DNA from: the human T2T-CHM13v2.0 reference genome, Homo sapiens
DNA: 64,000 nt
NCBI RefSeq assembly: GCF_009914755.1
Contig: NC_060941.1
Reading direction: 5' to 3' (one strand)
Part shown: one piece after another, positions 46,422-63,498 of the stretch
Numbering within the stretch: the stretch's first letter is position 1
Layout: every line of letters starts with the position of its first letter
Position numbers and translations under genes: made by a program
Notes under the pieces: model-generated
The model's input: the letters and a program-made list of their open reading frames with translations, nothing else
What the model was told of the DNA's origin: nothing
Databases searched by the model: none

Positions 46422-46762
46422 ATAAATAAGTAAAATGTTTTTTTAAAAAAAGAAGTGAGCAGATGACTACTTTTACCAGTTTCTTTCTTCCTTCTGCCTC
46501 TTTCTTCCCCATGCCACACCAATATCAACTCTTCAGCTGCTCTCTTTACCTGTGTGCATGGTAGGGTATGACTTACACTTACACAAATAGGAGAGTCACT
46601 TTAGAGAGACCAACTAAATTGTAATAATTTTATAGCACAATAAAAATCCCACCCCAAGACCCTGGACCATGGAGAGAGACCCCTTACAGAAAGACAACCT
46701 TTATGTCCAAAGGAAGGCCTAGATTTTTTGAAACTAATATCTGTATGTTTCTGTCCCTGCAG

Positions 46763-46780
46763 CCTTAGGAAAATCCAAAG
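46763..46780 (+). CDS. ARHGAP44: ARHGAP44 18-nt microexon (~17): (G)LRKIQ(S)
   Basis: ctgtccctgcag|CCTTAGGAAAATCCAAAG|gtatgg; phase 2-2; gives ...KKDG-LRKIQ-SMGV..., matching the RICH2 sequence as I recall it. Confidence 0.9.
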
Positions 46781-47269
46781 GTATGGTATCCTCTGGTAGC
46801 TATGAGGCCATGCTCAGTCTCTTCAACTGAGCCACCTATGCATCGTAGTGAGTTCCACCAGAGGGTGAATGCGCCGCGTCTGGTTGCTTGGCCGACTTAT
46901 TTGAAGCTGTGTGCCCATCATTAAAATAGAATCAGAGCCCAGAGGGACCATAGGCACAAGCAGCCCCTTCCCTGCTGTGTAGACAAGTGGGAGTGGCCTG
47001 CAGAGGTGTGCCTTGGCCAGGGTCCCAGCAGTGGTGGAGCTGGGGCTAGACTCCAAGTTACAAAAAGAAGGATTCATATTTAGATGTCTCCTGCTGTCAG
47101 TTCCACGCTCCCCCCTTCGCTGCCCCTCCCACCTCGTCTTGCACTTGGGAGGAGTGAGTGTCCCTGCCCCCCCAGTTAGGCCACACACCGCTGTGAGGAA
47201 GGCTGGCAGTTTACACCCAGGGAGCTTGCCGGGCCATCATCCTGAGCTGGCTTTGGCAGAGGGTTGAAG

Positions 47270-47930
47270 CACAGCTTGTGGCCGCCAGCGCTGCCGACTG
47301 TGCCCTGCTCCTTGCCTCAGTGAGGGGGCCGCTCTTGCCAGGACTGGGCTGCCCAGGGCTGTGTCTTGGCCGCCGGGAGCAGCCAGGGTGCTGGGAGCAC
47401 AGCCCCCAATGCATCGCTTCCCGGGCCCCCGGGGTGCTAAAGCTGCGCTGCTCTTCTCCCAACGCGGACCTGCTTGAATGTGGGGGAGGGAGCCTGTCTC
47501 CTGTCATCTGTTACGCGTGGGTAAGCGGTGTCTTTGTGTCCCTCGCCAGCATGGGTGTGAGGGTCATGGACACAAACTGGGTGGCTCGAAGAGGCTCCTC
47601 GGCCGGTCGGAAAGTGTCCTGCGCCCCGCCCTCCATGCAGCCTCCCGCCCCGCCCGCCGAGCTGGCTGCGCCCCTGCCTTCGCCGCTGCCGGAGCAGCCC
47701 CTGGACAGCCCCGCGGCCCCCGCGCTCTCTCCATCCGGCCTGGGCCTCCAGCCTGGGCCCGAGCGCACCAGGTAAGCGCGGGCCACTGCCGTCCGGGCGG
47801 GCTGGTGTGCGGTGCAGGGGGTGTCTGGGTTGGCCGCACTGGAGGCCTCTTGGATTTCGTCGTTTCCCATGCCCCCGCCCCCATTTCTAAGCATTCATAT
47901 TTGGCTTCTGCGTCGCGCTGGCACCAAGTC
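47270..47930. promoter_or_regulatory. Intragenic CpG island spanning exon ~18
   Basis: Very GC-rich with dense CpGs and GC-box-like motifs (ccccgccc), against CpG-poor flanks. Confidence 0.75.
47550..47771 (+). CDS. ARHGAP44: ARHGAP44 exon (~18), Pro-rich: SMGVRVMDTNWVARRGSS...GPERT
   Basis: Acceptor cctcgccag|C, donor CAG|gtaagc; 222 nt, phase 2-2 (frame-preserving if skipped). Confidence 0.94.
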
Positions 47931-48080
47931 AGTCATCCACAGCTGCCTGGATTATCACACGAAGTCCAGTCTTCCCCAGCATAACATCGCAAGCAAGCAG
48001 AAGGTGGCAGCTTGCGAAGGCAGGGTGAAGAGTCTTAGGTTCCCCAACTCTGTTTTCCCCTTCCTCTGTCTTTGTCGTTA

Positions 48081-48711
<631 letters not shown>

Positions 48712-48978
48712 TATCCTATTTTGAAGTTTACAATTTCTGTGTTTCTCCTTCTCTTTATAGTCATAGCAGCCACTTTTTTTTTTCTTTTGATGCCGCTAAA
48801 ATGGGTGCAAGTCAGGGAATGAATGGAGGTGGCGGTTGTACTGGGCCTGATGACCTTTGCAGCTTGCCACATGGTTGAATTGCCATTATTTTAGGGGAAG
48901 GAAAAAGACAGGAATTCATTCCATGGGTAGCTTGATGAATATTAACTGATAACTTTCTCTTTTTAAAGATAAAAAGAT

Positions 48979-49496
<518 letters not shown>

Positions 49497-49794
49497 TCAA
49501 ACAGCAATTTAGAACACCAGAAAAGCAATATGAAATCACATGCCACCGTGTCTCCTGTTAGAAGACATGGCATTCCTCCATGACCACTGCCAGAAAAGTT
49601 TTGGAGACTTTGGGAAGCTGAATCTTCTAACCCAAATCTTTCTCCAAACACACATGCATACACATGGACACTCATCCTCACACACCATCACCACCAGCAC
49701 ACAAACACACACCCACACCCACACCAACCCCCTACATGAGAGGCTTCCAGGCTTTTTTGTTTTATTTTGTTTAATGAGTAAAAAGTATTTTCAC

Positions 49795-50205
<411 letters not shown>

Positions 50206-50734
50206 TCAACTCAGAGGATGCTCGGTCCTGGCTGTGTAATTGCTAGGCCACAGATGGACCTGAGAGATGCAGATGCGGGCACAGTGAGTTCACTGGAGAA
50301 GCAGAGTCTGAGAGTGGTGGGCCAGGTGAGGCCGACCAGGAGGAAACGGACCCACGGGCGGGAGATGGGCTGGGACTGCTTCCTTTTTGGACACTCCTCA
50401 GCTTCATCCTAGTTTCCCATCTTAGAAAGGGGACTCAGTGCCATATGGTATTTGGCATATAAATGATATTTCTAAAAAGTGCTCCTTGAAGATGGATTCC
50501 CCCAGGCTCTGAAGGCATTCCAGGAACATTCTCGGTGGGTGACCTTGCAGAGTTACTTGTGGGCAGGCAATGGCACCCTCTGGTTTCGATTATTTTAAAG
50601 CCAACTCACATTGCTCTATAGCCAAATGTCTTTCCCCTTTGCCCGGGCTGACCGGTTTAGTAACTTTTCTTTGGATGTTAGTGTTTTGTGTTTTACACCA
50701 CTTTTTGTTCTCTCCCCGCATGGGTTTCTCCCAG

Positions 50735-50743
50735 TACAAACAG
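50735..50743 (+). other. Candidate 9-nt microexon TACAAACAG (phase 2-2, adds 3 aa: S-TNS)
   Basis: 51-nt AG-free U-rich tract, tctcccag|TACAAACAG|gtgttc; frame-compatible with both flanking exons; weak donor. Confidence 0.4.
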
Positions 50744-50797
50744 GTGTTCCATTGTTTTTGTTTGTGTTGTTTGTTTCTGTTTCCTGGATGTTTGCAG

Positions 50798-51560
<763 letters not shown>

Positions 51561-52115
51561 TCATTCCTAGATTCCTTGGATAGATGTGTGTCCAAAGGAA
51601 GGAAGAAGAGTCTACCCACCCACAAGAAGCAATTTTTTAGTTTGCTGATTATGAGATGTTTTTGATTGGTTGACTGGCCTTCCTCTTGATAGTGGCAGAG
51701 ATAGATGGAAGGGTAGGTAGATATTTGGCATTGATGCCCGGGTACCTGGTAACCTGCAGCCTGAGGTCCTTGTCCAGCCTGAGTGAGGCAAGGGTTTTCT
51801 GTTTCTGTTTTTCATGAACAGAATAGAGAAAGGAATTACTGCTCTTTTGGTTCCTCTGAATAAAATGGTTTTTGCCCCTTGGGGAACTAGGTATAGTGTG
51901 TAAGACTCATCCCAAGTGGGAGAGAATGTGCCTCCACATTGAATGTGATCTTCCTTTTATTTCTTTGCATGAGGAAAATGACCTGTGCTTTGACGCTATG
52001 GGCTTCCCCGGCCCAGCTCCCTGCTCCCAGTCTTTCTCACCTCAGTGGACGAGAGTGCTCTATTCCTATTGGAATTTTCTCCAAATTAACACCTGGAGTT
52101 TCTAGATCAGTTTAG

Positions 52116-52451
<336 letters not shown>

Positions 52452-53521
52452 CAGGTTGTGCCTGCTCTTGTGGGATAGAAACAGCCATTGCAGAGGATTT
52501 GGGTTCCCAGACTCTTCATGCCCCACCTGTGGGCATCAGAATCCAGGTAGGTTCTAGCACGGATGACAGATGGCTCCCAACTGTGGGGCATCTCCCCTGA
52601 TTCACTAAAGGCCACCTGGAGAATTTTCTTGGAAAGGATTGAGAACACTGTGGGGGAAGTGTGGAGATCAATTAGTAATATCTACCATCAGCGTATCAGG
52701 ATGACAAATCCCTGGTTTGTGGTGTAGAGTGAGGTGTCTTCTAATACGTGCTTCATCCTCAGAAGAAGGCTGAGGAACAGCCTTGCAGTAACGATGAATC
52801 CTCTTTAGGAAACCTGGTGACCTAGGGTGCCTCATTGTCAATTCCAGAGGTCAGAGGCCAGAGCCCTCACTGCCATCGACCTTCACCTCTCTTGAAGCCT
52901 GGGACTGGGACTCAAACTGGCCCACATTTAAGGGCGTGGCCTGGATTTCTGTCCACCCTAGCCTCTGCTGGAATGGGTATTGAGTTTGAGGATGAGTCCT
53001 AGAATCCCTCCTGCCTGGGGGGTGGCTGGAGGCTCAGGGCAAACAGCTGGAGAGCTGGGCCACAAGCTTGGCAGCAGGAGTCCGTGTCATCAGCACTCGT
53101 TGGGCACAGTGGCCCTGAGAAGTCCTCTTGGCTACAGTAGGAAAAGCACTTTGGTGTTCCAGTTTGAGAATGTTCTAGAATTCCTGGGTTGATGGCAGGA
53201 TACGGTAGAGGTGCTCAGGCCCCTGCCCTCACATTGCTCACGGTCTCCTTGAAGAGAGGAGGGCAGAGGCATGAAAAGGGCATTGGCAGTGAGTGCCAAG
53301 TGCCACAGAGATGGGGGCAGAACCCAGGCCATCAGAGCTCCAGGAAGGGCAGTCACCCCAAGGGGCACCTGCGAAGGTTTTAGGAAGGGGCCAAGACAGA
53401 CCAGAGCTGGGACAGACTTGCACGGGGCCCAGAAGGACACACAGGGTGGCCATCGGCAAGGCTGGTGCTGCCGCTCACTGAGTTCAGGGCTTTTCTTTTG
53501 TCTCATGTGCTTTCGTTTCAG

Positions 53522-53697
53522 CACAACAAAAAGCAAGGAACTTTCTCCAGGCTCTGCACAGAAAGGAAGTCCAGGCTCCAGCCAGGGCACAGCCTGTGCA
53601 GGGACTCAACCAGGGGCTCAACCTGGAGCTCAGCCGGGCGCCAGCCCCAGCCCCAGCCAGCCGCCTGCAGACCAGAGTCCTCACACCCTCCGGAAAG
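53522..53697 (+). CDS. ARHGAP44: ARHGAP44 exon (~19): STTKSKELSPGSAQKGSPG...(QPGA)x3...HTLRK
   Basis: Acceptor ttcgtttcag|C, donor AAG|gtatgg; 176 nt, phase 2-1. Confidence 0.95.
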
Positions 53698-54864
53698 GTA
53701 TGGCCCTGCTTCCCTTCTCCTTGGTCTCAGGCCGGAGGTGGCTGTGACATTCCCTGAAGGCTCGTTTTCCTCTATGAACTTGGATATTGAGAAACTGTGT
53801 GGTTTAGTGACTAATTCCCATCTGGACATTAGAGCTTTGGAAGTTAAAAGGGATCCTTTCTCTATTATTCCTCAGTTTACTTATTTGACAGGTGGGCTCA
53901 TTAGGGGCGTATAGAGGCCAGTGCTTCCCATACACCAAATGATGCCACCAGGGCAAAATTCATTGTCCACAATGATGTGTGTTTTCCAGAGACCTGCCGG
54001 GCCCTACCTCTGTCATTTGAAAAGCTGTATAGGGTCATCTACAGGAGTCTCCTTCCCCGCAGGGCAGCCTGGCACAGCTGCCTACCCCTAGATCACTCGT
54101 ACAGGGTGACAGGAGGGAGTCAGGATAGCTTCTGTAGTACCTGAGTCTCAGCTCTGAATGGCCCAAGAATGGCCACACTGACCAGTTATTATCTCTTCAG
54201 ATAATCACTTCCAAAAGCTAAAGGTATGCTCCATGTGACATTTCATAAATGGGGAGCTGTACTGAGCGTACTTATCTGAACCTTTTTGGTTTGTTCTTAC
54301 CTGTGTCATCTCTTTGCAGAGTCTTTCACTCGTCTAAAATAATACATCATCCTGTGTGTTCTAATTTCAGACCACTCGCACTTCTAGGAGCGGCTTTTAA
54401 CTCCTGGATTTGTCGAATAGGGCCCGGATTTAGCTCATCCACATGTGCCTTCATGACAGGCCCTTTTCCAGCCCCCTTAGTTCCGATCTGCAGTGGCAGT
54501 TTCATTCTCTTTGTCTGCCCTCACCAAGCCCGTGGATCTTATTCGATCCCTACTCATTCCTTTTGCATTCTACACAAATTTATTAAATCCTGCTATGTAC
54601 AGAGCTCTGTGCTTTCCAGAGAGGAAGGCAATGATAAGGCAAAGGTGTTGGCACTGTGCTGGGAGACACTCAGGGTACTGTAAGGACACCTGGGAGCATG
54701 CTTTCTCGACTCAGGAGTTAGGACAGGTGGCCCAGCGGAAACGACATCGTGAAGGTTGAATAGGAGTTGGGCCAAAGTGCCGGCGTGAGATTTCAGCATC
54801 TCAGAGCATTTCTCCAGCACCAATGGTTTCTCCTTGGTCTAGATGCCATATTCTTGGTTATGTC

Positions 54865-55177
<313 letters not shown>

Positions 55178-55192
55178 TAGAGTCCTTTAACT

Positions 55193-55534
<342 letters not shown>

Positions 55535-56446
55535 TCATTGTCTCGCCCAGTGGGAGAGCCAGGGCTCCTGTAGCAGCCACCCAGCCTCCTAATGCCAGTG
55601 ACAGGTTGACCCTTTTCGTTTTTGCAGCACATTGGACCTAGGCAGCCAGTGTAGCCTAGAGTGACTCAGGTCCCTTTCCCAAGTGACCTTCAATAGCTCA
55701 GACCCATCTTTTGAAAGGTATACATTTCTTCTCTACTCCCCATCATGCCCACAGATGGCACACTTAGCAGGTCTTTTTTTTTAATTTTTTTTTTTTGACA
55801 CCTCAGTCTTCTGACAGCGTGCCGACAATTTCACATCCTATTCCTGTCACCACCGGAAGTGGTAAATGTCATCACAGACATGGTGATGCATCCTCTGTCC
55901 CCCAGCTCCTTCGTGAGAAGGCATGTGCAAGCATTGATACCTAGGGTCTCCACCTGCTTCTCATCCAGGGGTACCCCTGCGTCTGTCACCCATGACCACG
56001 TGGCTGCCATGAGCTGCAGTAGCAGCTGCTGGAAGCACTTCCCCTGTACTCAGGAAGTAGAGTTGAAAAGTGAAATTGGAAAGTTAAGTGGTTTTATTAT
56101 GTCATGATTATGTGGTACTTGACATGTATGATCTCATTTAATTATTACACTGCTGCAGAGAAAATCTTTTTCCTCCAATTGCATAGAAGATGTTTGAATA
56201 AGTTGACCCAGGGAATACAGTGGGTAAGTGGCAGGATAGAAATTTGAGCCCACGTTGGTAGGATTCTGAAGGGCATGTCCTTCTGTCCACACTGCAGACT
56301 GACACACCCAGAGAATACATGAGGTGTCCTCCTAACAGACCTTGTTCCTTGGAGGGAGTGGGGGTGGGGTGGGGTGAAGGAAGAGCTTCTGACCTCTCCC
56401 TTAGGACTTACAAGATAATTCCTTCTAGAATCAGACCCACACACAT

Positions 56447-56777
<331 letters not shown>

Positions 56778-56952
56778 TCACTTAAGCCTAACAGGTTAGT
56801 GATCACTCTCTCAAGATATTTGCCCATCAAGTATCTCCTGGACGTTTGAATTTATTGTCTTTACCAATTCATTTTCAATTAAAGGTATAATGGATTTGTC
56901 ATCCTATAGGGAGATTGGGAAAAGGATAATGAAGGTAAGGCAAAGGAGGTCA

Positions 56953-57516
<564 letters not shown>

Positions 57517-57994
57517 TCAGTTTTCCATCCCGAGGACCTGCCCCTGTGTCAGGGCTCCTCTGTCCATTACAGCAAATTGAACTGGAGTCATCCTCTGCTG
57601 GACCCTGCCCCACTGACTCACTCTTGCTCAGAGAGTAGCAGCGATGCCTCTCACCACTGGGAAGGCAGCCCACTCCTGTGGATGGGAAATTTGTTCTCTA
57701 GTTTGGCTGGGTGTGCGTGTGTAGATCAGGGCAGAAATCCAGAAAAGAGGAGGAAAAATTAGTTAACAGATGGGAAGATAGGAAAACTTGCAGTTCTCGG
57801 TTAATTTTTAAAAATTGTATTGGCTGCTGTCAATGTGGCAAGAGGCCGGGGGGCAGGGCAGGGAGGTGTGGGTGGGTGGCGAGGGGCAGGAGGTGGGGAC
57901 AGCTTTGAACGCTGAAGGGTGTGTGAACAGGCCCCACAAGTGGCTTCATTCAACAACTTTGTGTTTTGTTGTTGTGTTGTGTTTTCTCTTTCAG

Positions 57995-58372
57995 TTTCAA
58001 AGAAGCTGGCACCGATTCCACCCAAGGTCCCCTTTGGCCAGCCGGGGGCTATGGCAGACCAGTCCGCTGGCCAGCCGTCCCCAGTCAGCCTGTCCCCCAC
58101 CCCGCCCAGCACCCCGTCACCCTATGGACTGAGCTACCCTCAGGGGTACTCCTTGGCCTCGGGCCAGCTCTCCCCAGCTGCAGCTCCTCCCCTGGCCTCT
58201 CCTTCTGTCTTTACAAGCACTTTGAGCAAATCGCGGCCCACTCCTAAGCCGCGACAGAGACCTACTCTGCCGCCTCCTCAGCCTCCCACAGTAAACCTCT
58301 CGGCCTCTAGTCCACAGTCCACGGAGGCCCCCATGCTAGATGGCATGTCCCCTGGGGAAAGCATGTCTACAG
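57995..58372 (+). CDS. ARHGAP44: ARHGAP44 exon (~20), Pro/Ser-rich: VSKKLAPIPPKVP...RPTPKPRQRPTLPPPQPP...ESMST
   Basis: Acceptor ctctttcag|TT, donor CAG|gtaacc; 378 nt, phase 1-1. Confidence 0.95.
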
Positions 58373-59944
58373 GTAACCAAGCCACAGGCTCCCTCACTTT
58401 TTTTTATGAACTTTAGTGAAATGTGCCTAGGGGAGGGATTGCTAGTGTTACTGCCAGTGAACACATTCCTGCGTGCTTTGGGATGACTGGGCTGGCACCA
58501 GGGGTAGCTCATAAGATCTCCTTAGAAGCCCACCAATGGAAAGCAACCCTGGAATCCATGTGTCCCACACAGGGGCTTCTTATGGGATCTCTCTCGGTCT
58601 AAGCCCACCAGCCTGGGGTTCTGTTTTTGCTCTTATTATCGGGGGTTGAAGACACTGAGTCATTTGGAGTGGGGCCTCAGGAGAGGCTGGAAGCTGGTTA
58701 TGATCACAAAACAGCATCAAAACTCAGGTATTTCCTGGATAGAGCCCAAGCAACTGACAGGTATAAATGCTTATCTGGAGAACAGGGGCTAAGAACCCAA
58801 GATGTTTTTTACTATTACTAAAATAAGCCTTGCTAGAAAAATATACTTCCAGATAGATATTTAGAGAGGGGTGAATTTCAGAAAACATGCATGTCTCCAT
58901 TCTCCTCCACCAGACTCCCCTCCCTGGCCAATTCCCTGAGGAGCTAATTGGACAAACCCACAACGACTTAATTTAGTTTGGGCTTAAATTTAGAAACAAA
59001 GACGGAGCTCTCTTCCCCCAGAAAAATCTGTAAGCACAAAATCGCAAACACACACCACGTTTAGCCAAAACCATTCATTGGCTGGAAGGAACGGGATGTT
59101 TTTGGAACATCTCCCCAGACACTTCAACCACATAAGATTATAAAGTCAGGGGCCTATTTGTGGTGGCTGCTAAAGTCATTTGAGCATTTTCCTTGTTCAG
59201 GGAGACAGGCACAGGGTTGAGCTGTGTCTTGGGCTAGAGCCAACCCACTTAGTAAAGTGCAGTAGCATGGCGGTGAGCTGGAGCATATGTGTACCTAGTG
59301 TTGTCCCAAGTAGCAGAAGGTGAGGCAGCTTGGGTTGGAACACACACACCACATACACACACACCCACTCACCCATTTCAAAGAACAGTGCTGTCCTAGG
59401 ATGCACTGGGACTTTTTGTGATAATGCACTTTTCCCTCCACGTCCTTCTCCAAAAGAGTGATTTATTTCTTCCGTGATTAGACGGAAGCAGTGACCCTGT
59501 GGGGTTCAGCTCCGTGCTGCCTTTGAAAAGGCTAGTCCAATTTGCAAGTGTTTGTACTGGGTCAGATTTAAATATTACGGGGAAGAGCCATCTGGTGATT
59601 CGGCTTCTTTATTTTTGGATGTGATTAATGTTGAAGGTACAGCTGCTGTCATCTACCCCGAGGCTTATTAAAAATTAGGCAAATTTCTCCCTGGAAAATG
59701 CAGTAGCACCACGCCCATCTTGGTGGGTCTTGGTGCTGAGGTGTCTCCTGAAGGAGCCCATGATAGGAGGGCACAGGCTTGCTGCCCTCGGGGAAGGTCA
59801 CAGCTGCGGAGGAGCTGAAGGTCACCCGAGCCAGGTCTCCAGGGCTGCTCCTCCCAGTGTGTCACATCTGGTGACTCTTCCAGCCACCCCAGGGAAGGGA
59901 CACAAGGTAGTGTCAATACATAAGCAATAGAATGAGCAGAAGAT

Positions 59945-60136
59945 GGCCAGGCACGGTGGCTCACGCCTGTAATCCCAGCACTTTGGGAGGCCGAGGAGAA
60001 TTAGTTGGGCATGGTGGCACGTGCCACTAGTCCCAGCTACTTGGGAGGCTGAGGTAGGAGAATTGCTTGAACCTGGGAGGTGGAGCCGAGATTGTGCCAC
60101 TGCATTCCAGCCTGGCAACAGAGCGAGACTCCATCT

Positions 60137-60167
<31 letters not shown>
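59945..60167 (+). mobile_element. Alu with internal deletion
   Basis: Most of the left arm missing; TSD agaatgagcagaagat. Confidence 0.9.
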
Positions 60168-60169
<2 letters not shown>

Positions 60170-60565
60170 ATGAGCAGAAGATATCAATGGAGAAGCAGAA
60201 AAGAGCAGAAGGAGAGGAGAAATTGGGGAACAAAAGTGGGCAACAGAAGGCCTGGGAGGACAGCACCCCCAGGGCTCTAAGAAGCGGAGTGGCTCATGTT
60301 CCATCTTGCAGGTTTAAGAACTCCTGACCTTCAGGATTCATAATGTCCCTCGCCCTGTGCGGACCCTATTTTAATGTCCTTTTGGCAGCAGACTGTTGTT
60401 TTGTCCCATACGTTCAGGTCTCTGAGCCAGTGTAGAATCCATCATGGTTTGATGTGGCCCGTCTGGGACTGTGATATTGGCATAGCTTTTTTTTTTTTTT
60501 TTTGTGACGTTCATGTTTTGTCGTGTTGATTCCTTTCTCCGAATCCTATCATTGTGTTCTTGCAG

Positions 60566-60617
60566 CTGTGTGACATGAGTGGCGCAGTTTTGGATACGTG
60601 TGAGGGGGATTTTCAGG
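60566..60617 (+). CDS. ARHGAP44: ARHGAP44 alternative 52-nt cassette exon adding AV* (C-terminus ...MSTAV; stop 60571-60573)
   Basis: Long pyrimidine tract then ttcttgcag|CTGTGTGA...TTCAGG|gtaagc. A phase-1 join from exon ~20 gives GCT GTG TGA. Two TGCATG motifs lie downstream. Confidence 0.8.
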
Positions 60618-60698
60618 GTAAGCTGGCCCCGGCCTCGCCCCTCCACCCCGCTAGCTAGCCAGGCCAGCTGCCCGCTCCTCCCCTCCGCTCCTCGTCTC

Positions 60699-60724
60699 TG
60701 CATGTGGCTCAGACCATTTGCATG
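60699..60724 (+). promoter_or_regulatory. Two RBFOX motifs (TGCATG) downstream of the cassette exon
   Basis: TGCATG at 60699-60704 and 60719-60724, about 80-100 nt after the donor at 60617. Confidence 0.6.
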
Positions 60725-61897
60725 GCAGCTTCACTCTCCAGCCTTCCCCGGCCTCAGCAAGGATGAGTTGATCCATGAGCTTATTTGGCTTTGGGGCATC
60801 CCTGGCCTCCTTTTCTTTCTTTTCATTAGGAGGAGCTGGGGGAGAACCCAGCCAGCCCCTTTCCCCCACCTTCTCTTTCACTGGAATCACATCTGCAGCT
60901 CCTCCCCCTCCGCCCTCCCTCAGGCTTAGACCGTGGAGCTGTAACAGATCTGTTCTTCGTGTGAGACTTTTGTGCTGGAGACGCTTGTGCCCAGCACCCT
61001 GGGGGACATGCACCTGCTCACCTTTGTTTAGGAAGGCGTCCTGAGGGGAGGTCATACCAGGTGCAGCCCAGCACAGGGTCCACACCACAGCTTGGACCCC
61101 ATTTTCTGTGGCCCCGAGTTTGCACCAGCAGATCTCCCCTTCCAGACTTAGATCCTAACGTCTGGCTTCCTCCAGGCTGAGACTGCTGGCAAATCCTAAA
61201 GAATCCATATCGGAGCTCATCCCGCTCCCCTTCTCCCTCATCCCAAGTGGATATGGCCAGACAGATCCTTTCTATCCAACTCAATAAAATTTGGGGGAGC
61301 ATTTATATCAGTATCTATTTGGTCTCCTCCTCCTATAAAGAGTAAATCCTCAAAGCATAACTGAGGGAAAGGCACGAAGGAAGCCAGAAGGACTTTGGTG
61401 TATTTGCCTCAGTAAGTAGGGGTGGCCAAAGCAAACCAGGTCTTCTCCCCGATTTGGCCCATGGTCCTGCAGAGACTACCGAGGCGCACCAGGATATCTG
61501 GTGCTCACAGACAGGTCTCCTGGCGGGTGCTTCCCGAGTGTCCTGGAGACAAGCAGCCACTGTGTCCCTTTTCCCAGGAATGCTGATGAGGGCTTCTGCC
61601 CCTGAATCCCATTCCCTTGCATAGTGACTCCTCCCTTGGGGGTGTCTTTAAGGGAGCAGCAAGGATAAAGGTATGACAGCTCACACAAGTGCTTGTTCTG
61701 GGCCTGTCTAAATTCATCACCGCCCTGTATTATTCCCATTTGACTGCTGAGGCACAGGGAAGGTAGGAAACTTGTCCAAGGTCATGCTCTTCCTGCCTGA
61801 CATATTTGGGATTTTTGAATCTAAGCAGGGGAGCTTGGTGCTCTTACCTGATAGCGAACCCTGCACAGTGAGGTGGGCCCCGGGCCACTCAGCCTCA

Positions 61898-62849
<952 letters not shown>

Positions 62850-63498
62850 TTATTTCAAGTACATTTCTCCTGTTCATCTTGCCGGGAAAAATGACCTTTT
62901 AATGCTCCTAATAAATAAGGATGTAACCAGAGGTGGGGGTTGTCCTGCAGTCAGGGACGGTTGGCACCAATGACAACCAGGGTCCTGAGGGAGACCTTCT
63001 ACTCCACCCATGTCAGCCATCCAAAATGCAGCTGTTTCTTAGAGTGAGGACACTGGCTCAGGGTTCCCCATTCTCTCACAGGCTTGAGAGGAGAAAGGGG
63101 TCCACTGTCTCACGTCCTGTCCCTGCAGATTCTGGGGAATGAAATGCAGTCGTCTGATATAGATCCCCAAAAAGGTGTCATTGAGACCTACTCAGCATCC
63201 TTCTTATCAAGAATAAAGGACCCTGTGGCTTGGCAGGGGAGTGCTGTTCTGGCCTTCCTCTGAACCACAGTGGCGTATCCTGGGTGCTTTGGTTCTACGA
63301 ACTTATGGGGTAGAAGCAAAGCAGGCATGAGCACAACCTGATCGACTGTGCAACACAATGCTTAAACCAACCTCCAAATGATCTATCCCTAGAATAGCAG
63401 CACCCCTGCCTCCTAAGGCTGACATTATTTGCCTACAACTAGGTTCTCATTTGCCGGGAAGCCTCCTTTCAACCACCTCTCTCTCTGCCGCCTTCCAG

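Noticed and set aside
47511-47894. Antisense and alternative-frame ORFs over exon ~18
   Set aside because: Explained by high GC content and stop-codon scarcity in the CpG island.
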